From positions 1 through 45,377 of the forward strand of contig DAOUGX010000001.1 of NCBI GenBank assembly GCA_034428855.1: a DNA stretch of 45,377 nucleotides, in the 5' to 3' direction. The notes below the pieces were generated by a model. That model was not told the origin of the DNA. It searched no databases and worked only from the letters and a program-made list of their open reading frames with translations. Origin of the DNA: Anaerolineaceae bacterium (lineage in GTDB: Bacteria > Chloroflexota > Anaerolineae > Anaerolineales > Anaerolineaceae). Position numbers and translations under genes: made by a program. The number at the start of each line of letters is the position of its first letter. Positions within the stretch are counted from its first letter, which is position 1. Positions 24,982-34,218 of this stretch are shown here, one piece after another.

Positions 24982-26355
24982 ATGATTTATAAACCTGAAC
25001 CATTCAGAATCAAAATGGTTGAACCAATACGTTTAATCACAAAAGAAGCAAGAACCAACGCAATTCAAACTGCAGGATACAATCTGTTCAATCTTCGCGC
25101 AGAGGATGTTTTTATTGATCTCCTTACGGATTCTGGTACTGGTTCAATGAGCCAATATCAATGGGCAGCCATGATGGCAGGTGATGAATCTTATGCAGGT
25201 GCTAAATCATATTTTCGATTATCGAAAGTTATGCATGAATTATTCGGATTTGAATATTTTGTTCCCACCCACCAGGGAAGAGCTGCTGAAAACATTTTAG
25301 TTAATCTATTAGTAAAACCTGGAAATTCGATCCCATCCAATATGCATTTTGATACCACTGAAGGAAATATACGCGCTGGTAATGCTATCCCGGTAAATCT
25401 GGTCAATGAAGATGCTTATGATCCTTCAATCATCCATCCGTTTAAGGGCAATATGGATGTGAATAAATTACGAGAGTTTATTAAGAAAACTGGACCTGAG
25501 AATATACCATTTGGTTCAATCACAATTACCAATAATGCTGGAGGTGGTCAACCAGTCAGCCTGGAAAATATTCGAAAAGTATCCGAGGTCTACCATGAAT
25601 TTGGAATTTTATTTTTCATTGATGCTTGCAGGTTTGCTGAAAACTCATTCTTTATTAAACAAAGAGAACCTGGTTACCAGAATCGAACTATTTTAAGTAT
25701 TGTCCAGGAAATATTCCAGTATGCAGATGGTGCATGGATGAGCGCCAAAAAAGATGCTCTGGTAAATATTGGAGGCTTTTTGGCGGTTAGAGATGCCAAC
25801 TTACACCAGAAAATATGTAATGAATTAATTTTACGGGAAGGATTTATCAGTTACGGAGGTTTAGCCGGGAGAGACTTAGAGGCAATCGCAGTGGGTCTGG
25901 AAGAAGGGATCGAAGAAGATTATTTATCTTATCGGGTCAATCAAACTGCGTATTTGGCAGAAAATTTACTGGAGGGTGGTATTCCAATTATGGAACCAGC
26001 AGGTGGTCACGCGGTATATTTAGATGCTGGAAGACTCATGAATCATGTCCCTCAACATCAATTTCCTGGTCAAGCCCTGGCCGTAGCTTTGTATGTTGAG
26101 GGAGGAATTCGGGGTGTTGAAATTGGTTCGGTTATGTTCGCCCATCCAGATCCCATTACTGGGAAATTAATTCATCCGAGGCTGGAGTTGGTCCGTTTAG
26201 CCATTCCCCGTCGGGTGTATACACAAAGTCATTTGGATTTCGTCGCTCAAACTGCCATAGAGGTCAAAACAAAGAAAGAAGACTATCGAGGATTTGAATT
26301 TACGTACGCCCCTGAATTGTTGCGCCATTTCACTGCTCGTTTCAGGGCGTTATAA
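24982..26355 (+). CDS. tnaA: Tryptophanase (beta-eliminating lyase family, tryptophan indole-lyase-like)
   Basis: PEPFRIKMVEP, DLLTDSGTGSMS, PTHQGRAAEN, and the PLP-lysine motif SAKKDALVNIGGF. FDTT, LDAGRL and LRHFTA resemble TnaA rather than tyrosine phenol-lyase (comparison from memory). AGGAGA RBS. Confidence 0.85.
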   Translation: MIYKPEPFRIKMVEPIRLITKEARTNAIQTAGYNLFNLRAEDVFIDLLTDSGTGSMSQYQWAAMMAGDESYAGAKSYFRLSKVMHELFGFEYFVPTHQGRAAENILVNLLVKPGNSIPSNMHFDTTEGNIRAGNAIPVNLVNEDAYDPSIIHPFKGNMDVNKLREFIKKTGPENIPFGSITITNNAGGGQPVSLENIRKVSEVYHEFGILFFIDACRFAENSFFIKQREPGYQNRTILSIVQEIFQYADGAWMSAKKDALVNIGGFLAVRDANLHQKICNELILREGFISYGGLAGRDLEAIAVGLEEGIEEDYLSYRVNQTAYLAENLLEGGIPIMEPAGGHAVYLDAGRLMNHVPQHQFPGQALAVALYVEGGIRGVEIGSVMFAHPDPITGKLIHPRLELVRLAIPRRVYTQSHLDFVAQTAIEVKTKKEDYRGFEFTYAPELLRHFTARFRAL

Positions 26356-27828
26356 TCCATTCCTTTTAGCTTCGTTCCAATATTCATCTAATTGATCTAA
26401 GGAAAAATCATTCATAGATTTATTTTGATTCTTAACTCGTGTTTCAATAAAGTTAAATCTATTGCGAAATTTTTGATTGGTTTCGCGCAGGATTGATTCC
26501 GCATCTCCACCATACCACCGAATGAGATTTACAATTGCAAATAACAAGTCACCTAATTCTTTTAATTGCAGATCCCGCGAATCACTATTAACAATTTCAT
26601 TGATTTCTTCATGGATTTTTTCAATAACAGGTTCGACCTCTCCCCAATCAAAACCAACTCGAGCTGCCCGATTCTGGATTTCCTGTGATTGAGCTAATGC
26701 CGGGTAATCGGTGGGAACACCCGATAAGATACCATTATCTTGTTTCTTTCCATTTCCGGATCTTTCCGTTTCCTTAATTTTTTCCCAATTTGACAGTACA
26801 TGCTGAACACCATCCACTTCCAGTTGGGAAAAGACATGCGGATGTCTGCGGATTAATTTCTCGCTGATCCCTTTGATCACATCAGACATTCTGAACTCAC
26901 CAAATTCTGAAGCAATTTGGGCGTGTAAAACGATTTGGAGTAATAGATCTCCTAATTCTTCTTTGAGGTGATCCGGATCATCTTCGTCCAGTGCAGATAA
27001 CAATTCATATGTTTCAGATAGTAAATGAGGTCGTAAGGTCTTATGGTCCTGTTCTCGGTCCCAAGGGCAACCATCCGGAGCTCGTAAATGAGCAATAATT
27101 TCCTGAAATTCTTCAAAGGATGTATCTTTTTCCAACGGCTCTACAAACAAGGAAGTCAATATCCCAATATTTTTACTTCTGTCCATTTCATATAATGGAA
27201 TACTCTCCACCAATTGTTGTTTTGTCCCGGCTGAATGAATCAGTTTTACTGGATGCTCATCATCATAGACTTCCATAAGGGTCTGTTTTACTTCAGAAGC
27301 AATCATTCTCGAATATATTTGAGCAATCAAAACCGGCCGGCTGGGTGGGAATTGTGGAAAATTTGCATTGCCAACATCAAATGCATCCAGAAGAGTTAAA
27401 CTGGTGAAGGGATCAATTTCCAAGGCAGAAAATGTTGGTTCCAAAAAACTAACCGCTTCCAGAACCCTTACAGGAATACCAGATTGTTTGGCTTTCTTCA
27501 CTATTCTAGGTGTAGTGGTTTCTGCAACGAAAGGATGGCCTGGAACCCCATAAGTAACAGAATTTCCTGATAATGCAATATCGATAATTTGATCAACAAT
27601 CTTTTCATAAACCATCTCAAAATCATTGTACTTTTGATAATACTCATCAAAGGAAGTGATTTTTAGGTTTTTTGGAAATCCACCTACAGCTGGATGTTGA
27701 GCAGTTCGAAGATGAATACAATCCAATTGGCTGATGATTTCCCAAGTTTGTTTGGTAACCAGATCAATATTTCCAGGACCAAGTCCAATAATTGTAATTC
27801 CTTTAAATTCGTCCACTTTTACCACCAT
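26350..27828 (-). CDS. YabN-like fusion: tetrapyrrole-type SAM methylase domain + MazG nucleoside triphosphate pyrophosphohydrolase
   Basis: N-terminal ITIIGLGPGN methylase fold. The C-terminal half carries two MazG repeats (EETYELLSALDE...ELGDLLLQIV and IHEEINEIV...ELGDLLFAIV). Confidence 0.85.
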   Translation of the reverse strand: MVVKVDEFKGITIIGLGPGNIDLVTKQTWEIISQLDCIHLRTAQHPAVGGFPKNLKITSFDEYYQKYNDFEMVYEKIVDQIIDIALSGNSVTYGVPGHPFVAETTTPRIVKKAKQSGIPVRVLEAVSFLEPTFSALEIDPFTSLTLLDAFDVGNANFPQFPPSRPVLIAQIYSRMIASEVKQTLMEVYDDEHPVKLIHSAGTKQQLVESIPLYEMDRSKNIGILTSLFVEPLEKDTSFEEFQEIIAHLRAPDGCPWDREQDHKTLRPHLLSETYELLSALDEDDPDHLKEELGDLLLQIVLHAQIASEFGEFRMSDVIKGISEKLIRRHPHVFSQLEVDGVQHVLSNWEKIKETERSGNGKKQDNGILSGVPTDYPALAQSQEIQNRAARVGFDWGEVEPVIEKIHEEINEIVNSDSRDLQLKELGDLLFAIVNLIRWYGGDAESILRETNQKFRNRFNFIETRVKNQNKSMNDFSLDQLDEYWNEAKRNGL

Positions 27829-27865
27829 CTAAAAAAATAGAATTCAAAAAATATTCTAACCCAGT

Positions 27866-27911
27866 TTAATAAAACAACACAGAACCTGATTGAAAAAAAT
27901 CAAGTTCTGTG
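27866..27911 (-). terminator. Rho-independent terminator after rpsI
   Basis: Minus-strand hairpin CACAGAACTTGATT / AATCAGGTTCTGTG (one mismatch), followed by TTGTTTTATT. Confidence 0.7.
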
Positions 27912-27934
27912 AATTCTGGTGATAAACCAAATAA

Positions 27935-28327
27935 TTAACGTTTTGTATAAGTTGGGGCTTTGCGAGCGCGTTTGAGACCTGGTTTTTTGCGTTCTTTTAC
28001 ACGAGCATCGCGGGTTAATAAACCGGCTTTTCGTAATGAAGCCAAATTGTCTTCGTTCATTTTTACAAATGCTCTGGCTAAACCTAATCGAACTGACTCT
28101 GCCTGACCACTTACACCACCACCACTAACCTTTACGGTAACATCAAAAGTTGAATTGTTTTGGTTCACTGCATTGAATGGTGAAAGGATTTCTTCCATAT
28201 CACCAAAGCGACCAAAATATACATCGAGTGGTTTTTCATTAATGAGGAATTTTCCAGAACCAGAGGTTAAGCGAACACGAGCTGTGCTCTGTTTCCTTCT
28301 GCCAATACCTTCATAAAATTGTGCCAT
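27935..28327 (-). CDS. rpsI: 30S ribosomal protein S9
   Basis: GRRKQSTARVRL..., C-terminal KKPGLKRARKAPTYTKR. Confidence 0.97.
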   Translation of the reverse strand: MAQFYEGIGRRKQSTARVRLTSGSGKFLINEKPLDVYFGRFGDMEEILSPFNAVNQNNSTFDVTVKVSGGGVSGQAESVRLGLARAFVKMNEDNLASLRKAGLLTRDARVKERKKPGLKRARKAPTYTKR

Positions 28328-28340
28328 AGATCAATCTCCT

Positions 28341-28772
28341 TTAGGCTACGGATTCAGGTTTTTGCGCTTCATGTGGGTGTTCAGCACCTGAATAAATACG
28401 CAAGCGTTTGATTAATTTTCGCCCCTGTTTGGTGTGAGGAATCATACCCCATACTGCAGCGCGAATAACACGATCCGGATAAATTTCCATCTGGCGTCGC
28501 ATTGTAACGCTCTTCAAACCACCCGGGTAATACGAATGGCGGTGATACATTTTTGTATCTAACCGTTTTTGATCAATGTCAAGGTCTTTTGCATTGATCA
28601 CAACAACAAAATCGCCCATATCTACACCTGGCGTATATGTCGGTTTGTGTTTTCCCAACAAATAACTGGCAATTTGCGTGGCCAGGCGTCCGAGCTTCTG
28701 ATTCTTGGCATCAACCAATAGCCAGTTTGATTCGGGTGTGCCTTTTATGACATACGTCTTTTCCACGGTCAT
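28341..28772 (-). CDS. rplM: 50S ribosomal protein L13
   Basis: WLLVDAKNQKLGRLATQIASYLLGKHKPTYTP and GMIPHTKQGR. Confidence 0.97.
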   Translation of the reverse strand: MTVEKTYVIKGTPESNWLLVDAKNQKLGRLATQIASYLLGKHKPTYTPGVDMGDFVVVINAKDLDIDQKRLDTKMYHRHSYYPGGLKSVTMRRQMEIYPDRVIRAAVWGMIPHTKQGRKLIKRLRIYSGAEHPHEAQKPESVA

Positions 28773-28808
28773 CCTTTCTCTTATACAAAAAGGTTTGTTC
28801 CTTTTTTT

Positions 28809-29558
28809 CTAGTCAAACATTTGATTCTGATATTGAACCTCTACCAACTCTAGCCCATTTGGGACAGCCAACCCGGGGATTTGATCAACCTGGTAAAGTA
28901 ATCCTTCATTTAATTGATCAATTGACCCAATTCCTTGTGCTATCTTCACCTGGAGAAAAACTAATTTTCTTACCATGTGGTAAAGAAATGCGTTGGCGCT
29001 CACTTGATAAATGAGATCCCCTTGATTAGTCAACCAATTCGATTCAAAAATGGTTCGAATTGTATTACCACCTTTTTTTGGTGGTAGACCAAAGGCTGCA
29101 AAATCATAAGTCCCAATAAATAATTGGGCAACGTTTTGCAAATTCTGGATAGAAACAGGAGGCCACACTCTCCACGCAAACCGATCTCGTAAAGGATCTC
29201 TGTCAGGTTCGCAGTAAATGCGGTAATGATAGCAACGGGAAATTGCCTGAAAACGGGGATGGAAAAATTCATTTGCCACCTTTACCGCATGTACCGCAAT
29301 ATCCTCTGGCAGATTGGCATTAAGAGCATTTTTAAGGGCTTCAGGTGTATGATTCCATTCAAAATCAAACGCAATAACCTGACCTGAGGCATGCACTCCT
29401 GTGTCCGTCCTACCCGCTGCAAAAATTGTCTGACCGTCCCATCCGATTGCTCTCAAGGCATTTTCAAACTCTAATTGCACTGTTCGGGTTTTTCCCTGGC
29501 GTTGAAATCCAAAGAAGTCGGACCCATCATAAGCTATTTTTAGTTGGTAACGTGCCAT
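28809..29558 (-). CDS. truA: tRNA pseudouridine(38-40) synthase
   Basis: IAYDGSDFFGFQRQ and the catalytic GRTDTGVHASGQV motif. Lies between rplQ and rplM. Confidence 0.93.
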   Translation of the reverse strand: MARYQLKIAYDGSDFFGFQRQGKTRTVQLEFENALRAIGWDGQTIFAAGRTDTGVHASGQVIAFDFEWNHTPEALKNALNANLPEDIAVHAVKVANEFFHPRFQAISRCYHYRIYCEPDRDPLRDRFAWRVWPPVSIQNLQNVAQLFIGTYDFAAFGLPPKKGGNTIRTIFESNWLTNQGDLIYQVSANAFLYHMVRKLVFLQVKIAQGIGSIDQLNEGLLYQVDQIPGLAVPNGLELVEVQYQNQMFD

Positions 29559-29581
29559 TTCTTCCGGAATTCCCGGAAAAA

Positions 29582-29962
29582 TTATTCTTCCACCAACTCC
29601 AATAAAACCATTTCAGCAGCATCACCCAAACGGGGACCGAGTTTGAGAACTCTGGTATAGCCACCTTTGCGGTTACTGAAGCGAGGTGCAATATCATCAA
29701 ATAATTTTTTTACAATTTCGGGATCATTCCCGAGTCGCGCAGCGACTAAGCGGCGAGCATTGACTTTCTCAATTTCGCTTGCTTCGGCACTATTGCGCGC
29801 AACAGTAATCAGACGTTCTGCTTCACCACGAATGGATGCAGCTTTTGCTCGAGTAGTTTGAATTCGTTCATGTTCAAAAAGCTGCCGTATCATGGTTCGG
29901 CGAAGTCCTTTGCGTTGGTCGATGGTTCGACCCAGTTTGTATCCTGCTACACGATGACGCAT
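29582..29962 (-). CDS. rplQ: 50S ribosomal protein L17
   Basis: MRHRVAGYKLGR...IQTT..KA...R...E and GGYTRVLKLGPRLGD. Confidence 0.97.
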   Translation of the reverse strand: MRHRVAGYKLGRTIDQRKGLRRTMIRQLFEHERIQTTRAKAASIRGEAERLITVARNSAEASEIEKVNARRLVAARLGNDPEIVKKLFDDIAPRFSNRKGGYTRVLKLGPRLGDAAEMVLLELVEE

Positions 29963-29968
29963 AGTTGC

Positions 29969-30946
29969 TTACTCCGTCTCATCTTCTTCTTCATCTTGTT
30001 GTAGGAAACCTTTTTCAATCATTTTTTGGCGTAACTCATCTAAACTTTTCTCTCCAAAATTGCGAATGGACATGACTGCCTCTTCACCTTTTTCGAGTAA
30101 GTCGAGAACATCACCAACAGTGGTTACTCCCGTGCGTTTCAATGAATTGAACACACGGACTGAAAGATCAAGGTTTTCAATAGGTGTCTCAGCAGCTTCA
30201 CTGGTTAAACGACTTCCACCAGTTGGCTCTTGCTCACTACTAACAACAAATGTTTCTTCCGAAATACCGGAAATGAAGCGCAAATGATCAATGAGAACTT
30301 TAGATGCTTCCCCAAGAGCTTTTTCAGGTTCTACTGTACCATTTGTCCAAATTTCCAGTTCCAAACGATCAAAATTTGTACTTTGACCAACTCGGGCTGA
30401 CCCTACCAAATAGTTGACACGGCGAACCGGGCTATAGATCGCATCCACTGGTAATTCACCAATCGGTAAACGTCCACTACGATCAGAAGCCGGGGAATAA
30501 CCGCGACCACGTTCTACTGTAAAATCAATTTCCAACCGAGTCTGATTATCGTCAACAGTAAATAAATACAACTCTGGATTCACTACTTCCACTTCAGCCG
30601 GTACTTGAATATCCGCTGCCGTGACAACACCTTCTCCGCGAACTTCCAGGTGTAAATGAGCTGAATCAGTATCATGCAGAATTAAGTGTAATTGCTTAAT
30701 TTGAAGCATCACCTGAATTACGTCTTCCCGCACTCCAGGAATGTCACTGAACTCATGCAGGACATCCGATATACGTACGGAAGTGACCGCTGCTCCATCC
30801 AGCGAGGAAAGCAGGACTCGGCGTAATGTATTGCCAAGGGTGACACCGTATCCCCTCTCGAGGGGACTGATGATAAATTTACCGTAATTTCTCGCTTCGG
30901 CTTCTCGTTCTACTTTCGGCGTTACCATACTACTTAAGGCGCACAC
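29969..30946 (-). CDS. rpoA: DNA-directed RNA polymerase subunit alpha
   Basis: YGKFIISPLERGYGVTLGNTLRRVLLSSL, and a C-terminal domain with ENLDLSVRVFNSLKRTGVTTVGDL. GTG 30946 has an AGGGG SD-like element upstream. ATG 30928 is an alternative start. Confidence 0.95.
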   Translation of the reverse strand: MCALSSMVTPKVEREAEARNYGKFIISPLERGYGVTLGNTLRRVLLSSLDGAAVTSVRISDVLHEFSDIPGVREDVIQVMLQIKQLHLILHDTDSAHLHLEVRGEGVVTAADIQVPAEVEVVNPELYLFTVDDNQTRLEIDFTVERGRGYSPASDRSGRLPIGELPVDAIYSPVRRVNYLVGSARVGQSTNFDRLELEIWTNGTVEPEKALGEASKVLIDHLRFISGISEETFVVSSEQEPTGGSRLTSEAAETPIENLDLSVRVFNSLKRTGVTTVGDVLDLLEKGEEAVMSIRNFGEKSLDELRQKMIEKGFLQQDEEEDETE

Positions 30947-30992
30947 GTTTCACCCCTTCCAGATAACTCAGTGAACTCATAATTAATTCTCA

Positions 30993-31631
30993 TTAGCGTG
31001 AGTAATACTCAACAATCAACTGTTCGTCAAGCGTTCCGTCGATTTCAGCTCGTTCTGGGAAGCGAGTGATTTTACCAGTCATTTTTCCCAAATCTCGATC
31101 TATCCATAAGGATGACGCTCTTTTTTCGGCAACTGCAGCCATATCTTTGAAGAAATCAAGTTTTGCTGAACCGTCCCGCAATTTAACAACATCTCCAACT
31201 TTCAAGATCATGGAAGGGATGTCAGCTTTGATATCGTTTACAACGAAATGACCGTGGTTGACCAGTTGACGTGCCTGACTTCGGCTATCAGCCAGTCCCA
31301 GGCGATAAACAACATTATCGAGACGCAGTTCCAGCATTTGAAGCAAGTTCAAACCTGTCAAACCACGTTTTTTCAAGGCGTCTGAATAATAACGTCGGAA
31401 TTGACGTTCCAGAACACCATATGTGCGGCGAGCACGTTGTTTTGCGCGTAATTGGCGTGAATAGTCAGAGCCTCTTTCAGAACGAGCTGATTGAGCACGA
31501 CCATGCAAACCAGGCGCATAATTACGTTTCTCTAATGCACATTTTGGACTGAAGCAGCGCGCACCTTTTAGGTAGAGTTTTTCTCCTTCGCGCCGACATA
31601 ATTTACATACCGGACCGGTATATCTTGCCAT
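30993..31631 (-). CDS. rpsD: 30S ribosomal protein S4 (N-terminal 4-Cys form)
   Basis: MARYTGPVCKLCRREGEKLYLKGARCFSPKC and an S4 RNA-binding domain (RLDNVVYRLG). Confidence 0.97.
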   Translation of the reverse strand: MARYTGPVCKLCRREGEKLYLKGARCFSPKCALEKRNYAPGLHGRAQSARSERGSDYSRQLRAKQRARRTYGVLERQFRRYYSDALKKRGLTGLNLLQMLELRLDNVVYRLGLADSRSQARQLVNHGHFVVNDIKADIPSMILKVGDVVKLRDGSAKLDFFKDMAAVAEKRASSLWIDRDLGKMTGKITRFPERAEIDGTLDEQLIVEYYSR

Positions 31632-31652
31632 AACTACCCTCTCTTATTTTAT

Positions 31653-32057
31653 TTAGACGCGGCGTTTCTTCGGTGGCCGGCAACCGTTGTGGGGTACCGG
31701 GGTAATATCTGCGATTGATCGGACTTTTATGCCCATGCCTTGAATGGCACGAATGGCAGATTCACGACCAGGACCAGGACCTTTGATAATCAAGTCCACT
31801 TCCTGAACACCCATTTGTTGAGCAGTTTTCAGTGCTTGTTCAGCCGCTAAACGTGCTGCAAATGGAGTGCTTTTACGAGAACCTTTAAAACCCGATGATC
31901 CAGAACTCGCCCAACAAACTGTGTTTCCCTGTAAATCAGATACAGTCACAATTGTGTTGTTGAAGGAAGCAAAAATATGCACCGATGCGGTGGATAATTG
32001 TCGCTTCACTTTTCGAGCCGAAGCAGAGCGTCTAGCTGTTCTTACGTTTTGAGCCAT
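31653..32057 (-). CDS. rpsK: 30S ribosomal protein S11
   Basis: [17 protein letters not shown]...[18 protein letters not shown] and the C-terminus [16 protein letters not shown]. Confidence 0.97.
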   Translation of the reverse strand: MAQNVRTARRSASARKVKRQLSTASVHIFASFNNTIVTVSDLQGNTVCWASSGSSGFKGSRKSTPFAARLAAEQALKTAQQMGVQEVDLIIKGPGPGRESAIRAIQGMGIKVRSIADITPVPHNGCRPPKKRRV

Positions 32058-32173
32058 ATTTCCTCACTAACCTCTTATTTCAGTTCTCATCATAAAACCT
32101 GTACGGAGAATGATTGGGGTGCCGCGGTATGTAAGAGGGGTTCTACCTATCCCAATCTTCGATCCATTCAGGA

Positions 32174-32563
32174 TTATTTCTTGGTTGCGCCTCTACGTCG
32201 GCCACGACCAGCAACTGTACGCTTAGGTCCCTTGCGAGTACGAGCGTTTGTGCGTGTTCGTTGACCACGAACGGGCAGGTTACGTCTGTGGCGTAATCCA
32301 CGATAACAGCCAATTTCAACCAACCGTTTGATATTCATCTGCACGGCACGTCTTAAATCACCTTCTACTACAAAGTTTTTGGCTATGTATTCACGAAGCA
32401 AGTTTGCATCGTCTTCAGTGAGATCACGTACACGTGTATCCGGGTTTACCCTAGTGGATGCTATTATTTCTTTAGCACGAGTAGGTCCAACACCATATAT
32501 ATAGGTTAAGGCAACTTCAATGCGCTTATTGCGCGGTAAATCTACACCTTCAATTCTCGCCAT
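32174..32563 (-). CDS. rpsM: 30S ribosomal protein S13
   Basis: [26 protein letters not shown] and [24 protein letters not shown]. Confidence 0.97.
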   Translation of the reverse strand: MARIEGVDLPRNKRIEVALTYIYGVGPTRAKEIIASTRVNPDTRVRDLTEDDANLLREYIAKNFVVEGDLRRAVQMNIKRLVEIGCYRGLRHRRNLPVRGQRTRTNARTRKGPKRTVAGRGRRRGATKK

Positions 32564-32571
32564 AAGTCCTC

Positions 32572-32685
32572 TTAGCCCTGTCGCTGTTTATGCTTTGGGT
32601 TCTCGCAGATCACAATTAATCTGCCATGTCTTTTAACAATTTTGCACTTAGTGCATCTTTTTTTAATCGATGGTGATACTCTCAT
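32572..32685 (-). CDS. rpmJ: 50S ribosomal protein L36 (not in the supplied ORF track, 37 aa)
   Basis: Hand translation of the minus strand gives [38 protein letters not shown]-x2-C...C...H zinc motif. GAGGAG RBS 5 nt upstream. Confidence 0.93.
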   Translation of the reverse strand: MRVSPSIKKRCTKCKIVKRHGRLIVICENPKHKQRQG

Positions 32686-32740
32686 CACAACTCCTCAATA
32701 CCTTGCTAATTTACAGCCAAAGCCGCAATTATACCTCTAC

Positions 32741-33544
32741 TTAGTTTTTTCGTCCAGGCTTACTTCCATCTTCTAACAGCGTTAGAATGACGGGTCCATC
32801 TTCTGTTATTGCCACAGTATGCTCAAAATGAGCGGTTAAAGATCGATCAGCTGAAATCACTGTCCATTGATCTTTCAGAACTCGTGTCGCCGGGGTTCCT
32901 ACTAATACCATGGGTTCTAATGCAATGGTCATCCCGGGACGAAGTAATATTCCTCTTCCCTGAATTCCATAATTTGGAACCTGAGGTCCCTCATGCATTT
33001 CCCTTCCCACACCATGCCCCGTATACTCCCTGGTGACAAAAAAGCCTTTTGACTCAACAAAGGATTGAATGGATGCAGATACATCACCTACCCGATTTCC
33101 AGGTTTCATGTTCTTAATACCCACGTACAAAGATTCCTCTGTCACCATTAATAGTTTACGAGCAATTTCAGAAATTTCTCCGACAGGCACAGTGATCGCT
33201 GAATCTGCTACAAATCCTTCATATACTGTTCCACAGTCGACTGAGACAACATCACCTTCTTTGAGTACTCTTTTCCCTGGAATGCCATGTACTAATTCTT
33301 CATTAATACTGATGGTTGTACTCGCAGGGTAAGGATACGCTCCGGGGTAATTGTAGAATGGTGAATAGACACCATATTTTTTGAGAACGGTTTCAGCTGC
33401 TTCATTTAATTCCGCAGTTGTCACTCCAGCTTGCGCTAAATCCGCCACGGCTTGTAATGCTTCAGCATTGATCTTACCTGCTGTCCGCATTAATTCAAGT
33501 TCTTTTTTGGATTTAATGGTGATTTGCCGTTCCCAGGACATCAT
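32741..33544 (-). CDS. map: Methionine aminopeptidase type I
   Basis: Pita-bread fold with metal ligands in VSVDCG, GHGVGREMHE, LEPM and TAHFEHTV. Confidence 0.95.
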   Translation of the reverse strand: MMSWERQITIKSKKELELMRTAGKINAEALQAVADLAQAGVTTAELNEAAETVLKKYGVYSPFYNYPGAYPYPASTTISINEELVHGIPGKRVLKEGDVVSVDCGTVYEGFVADSAITVPVGEISEIARKLLMVTEESLYVGIKNMKPGNRVGDVSASIQSFVESKGFFVTREYTGHGVGREMHEGPQVPNYGIQGRGILLRPGMTIALEPMVLVGTPATRVLKDQWTVISADRSLTAHFEHTVAITEDGPVILTLLEDGSKPGRKN

Positions 33545-34203
33545 TAGAGAGTTCTCCTGTGAATCGAATCAATCAATTGGGAAGTGACTTTCTCAATTGC
33601 TTGAGTACCATCAATTTCAATCAATAAATTGTTTTTCTGATAGTAATCAATCAATGGAGAAGTCTGTTCCCAATATACATCGATTCTCTTTTTCACCGTC
33701 TCAACTTTGTCATCTGCCCGTTGGTATAATTCGCTTTGATCTTTATCACAAATTCCAGGTTCATGCGGGGGATTAAATTTCTCATGATAGACAAATCCAC
33801 AGGTTGGGCAAGTCCAACGACCACTCAATCTTTCAATCAAGACTTCCGCTGGAACATTTATGTAAGGCACACAATCAATCTTTTGATTGTCTTTTCTTAA
33901 CATCATGTCCAAAGCTTCAGCCTGGTTTGGTGTCCGTGGAAATCCATCCAGGAGGGCTCCATTATTGCAATCTGAACGACGTAAGCGTTCCTGGATCATA
34001 GCAATGGTTACATCATCCGGGACTAGAGCACCCCGATCCATAAATGTTTGAGCTAATTTCCCGAGTTCTGTTTGGTTTTTCAAATTTTCTCGAAAAATAT
34101 CGCCGGAAGAAATATGGGCAAGATTCATAGTCTTGGAAATGATTTGTGCCTGTGTTCCTTTTCCCGCTCCGGGAGGTCCGAGTAATACAATAAACTTAGC
34201 CAT
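33544..34203 (-). CDS. adk: Adenylate kinase, long form with Zn-type lid (C-x2-C...C-x2-D)
   Basis: LLGPPGAGKGTQA P-loop. Lid sequence CPTCGFVYHEKFNPPHEPGICDKD. 1-nt TAATG overlap with map. Confidence 0.96.
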   Translation of the reverse strand: MAKFIVLLGPPGAGKGTQAQIISKTMNLAHISSGDIFRENLKNQTELGKLAQTFMDRGALVPDDVTIAMIQERLRRSDCNNGALLDGFPRTPNQAEALDMMLRKDNQKIDCVPYINVPAEVLIERLSGRWTCPTCGFVYHEKFNPPHEPGICDKDQSELYQRADDKVETVKKRIDVYWEQTSPLIDYYQKNNLLIEIDGTQAIEKVTSQLIDSIHRRTL

Positions 34204-34218
34204 CCTTTATTCCCCTGA

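Noticed and set aside
26350-26355. Convergent 6-nt overlap of the tnaA and yabN-like stop codons (TTATAA)
   Set aside because: The overlap is real but trivial: a palindromic pair of stop codons. There is no terminator or regulatory structure to interpret. It implies only possible convergent transcription.
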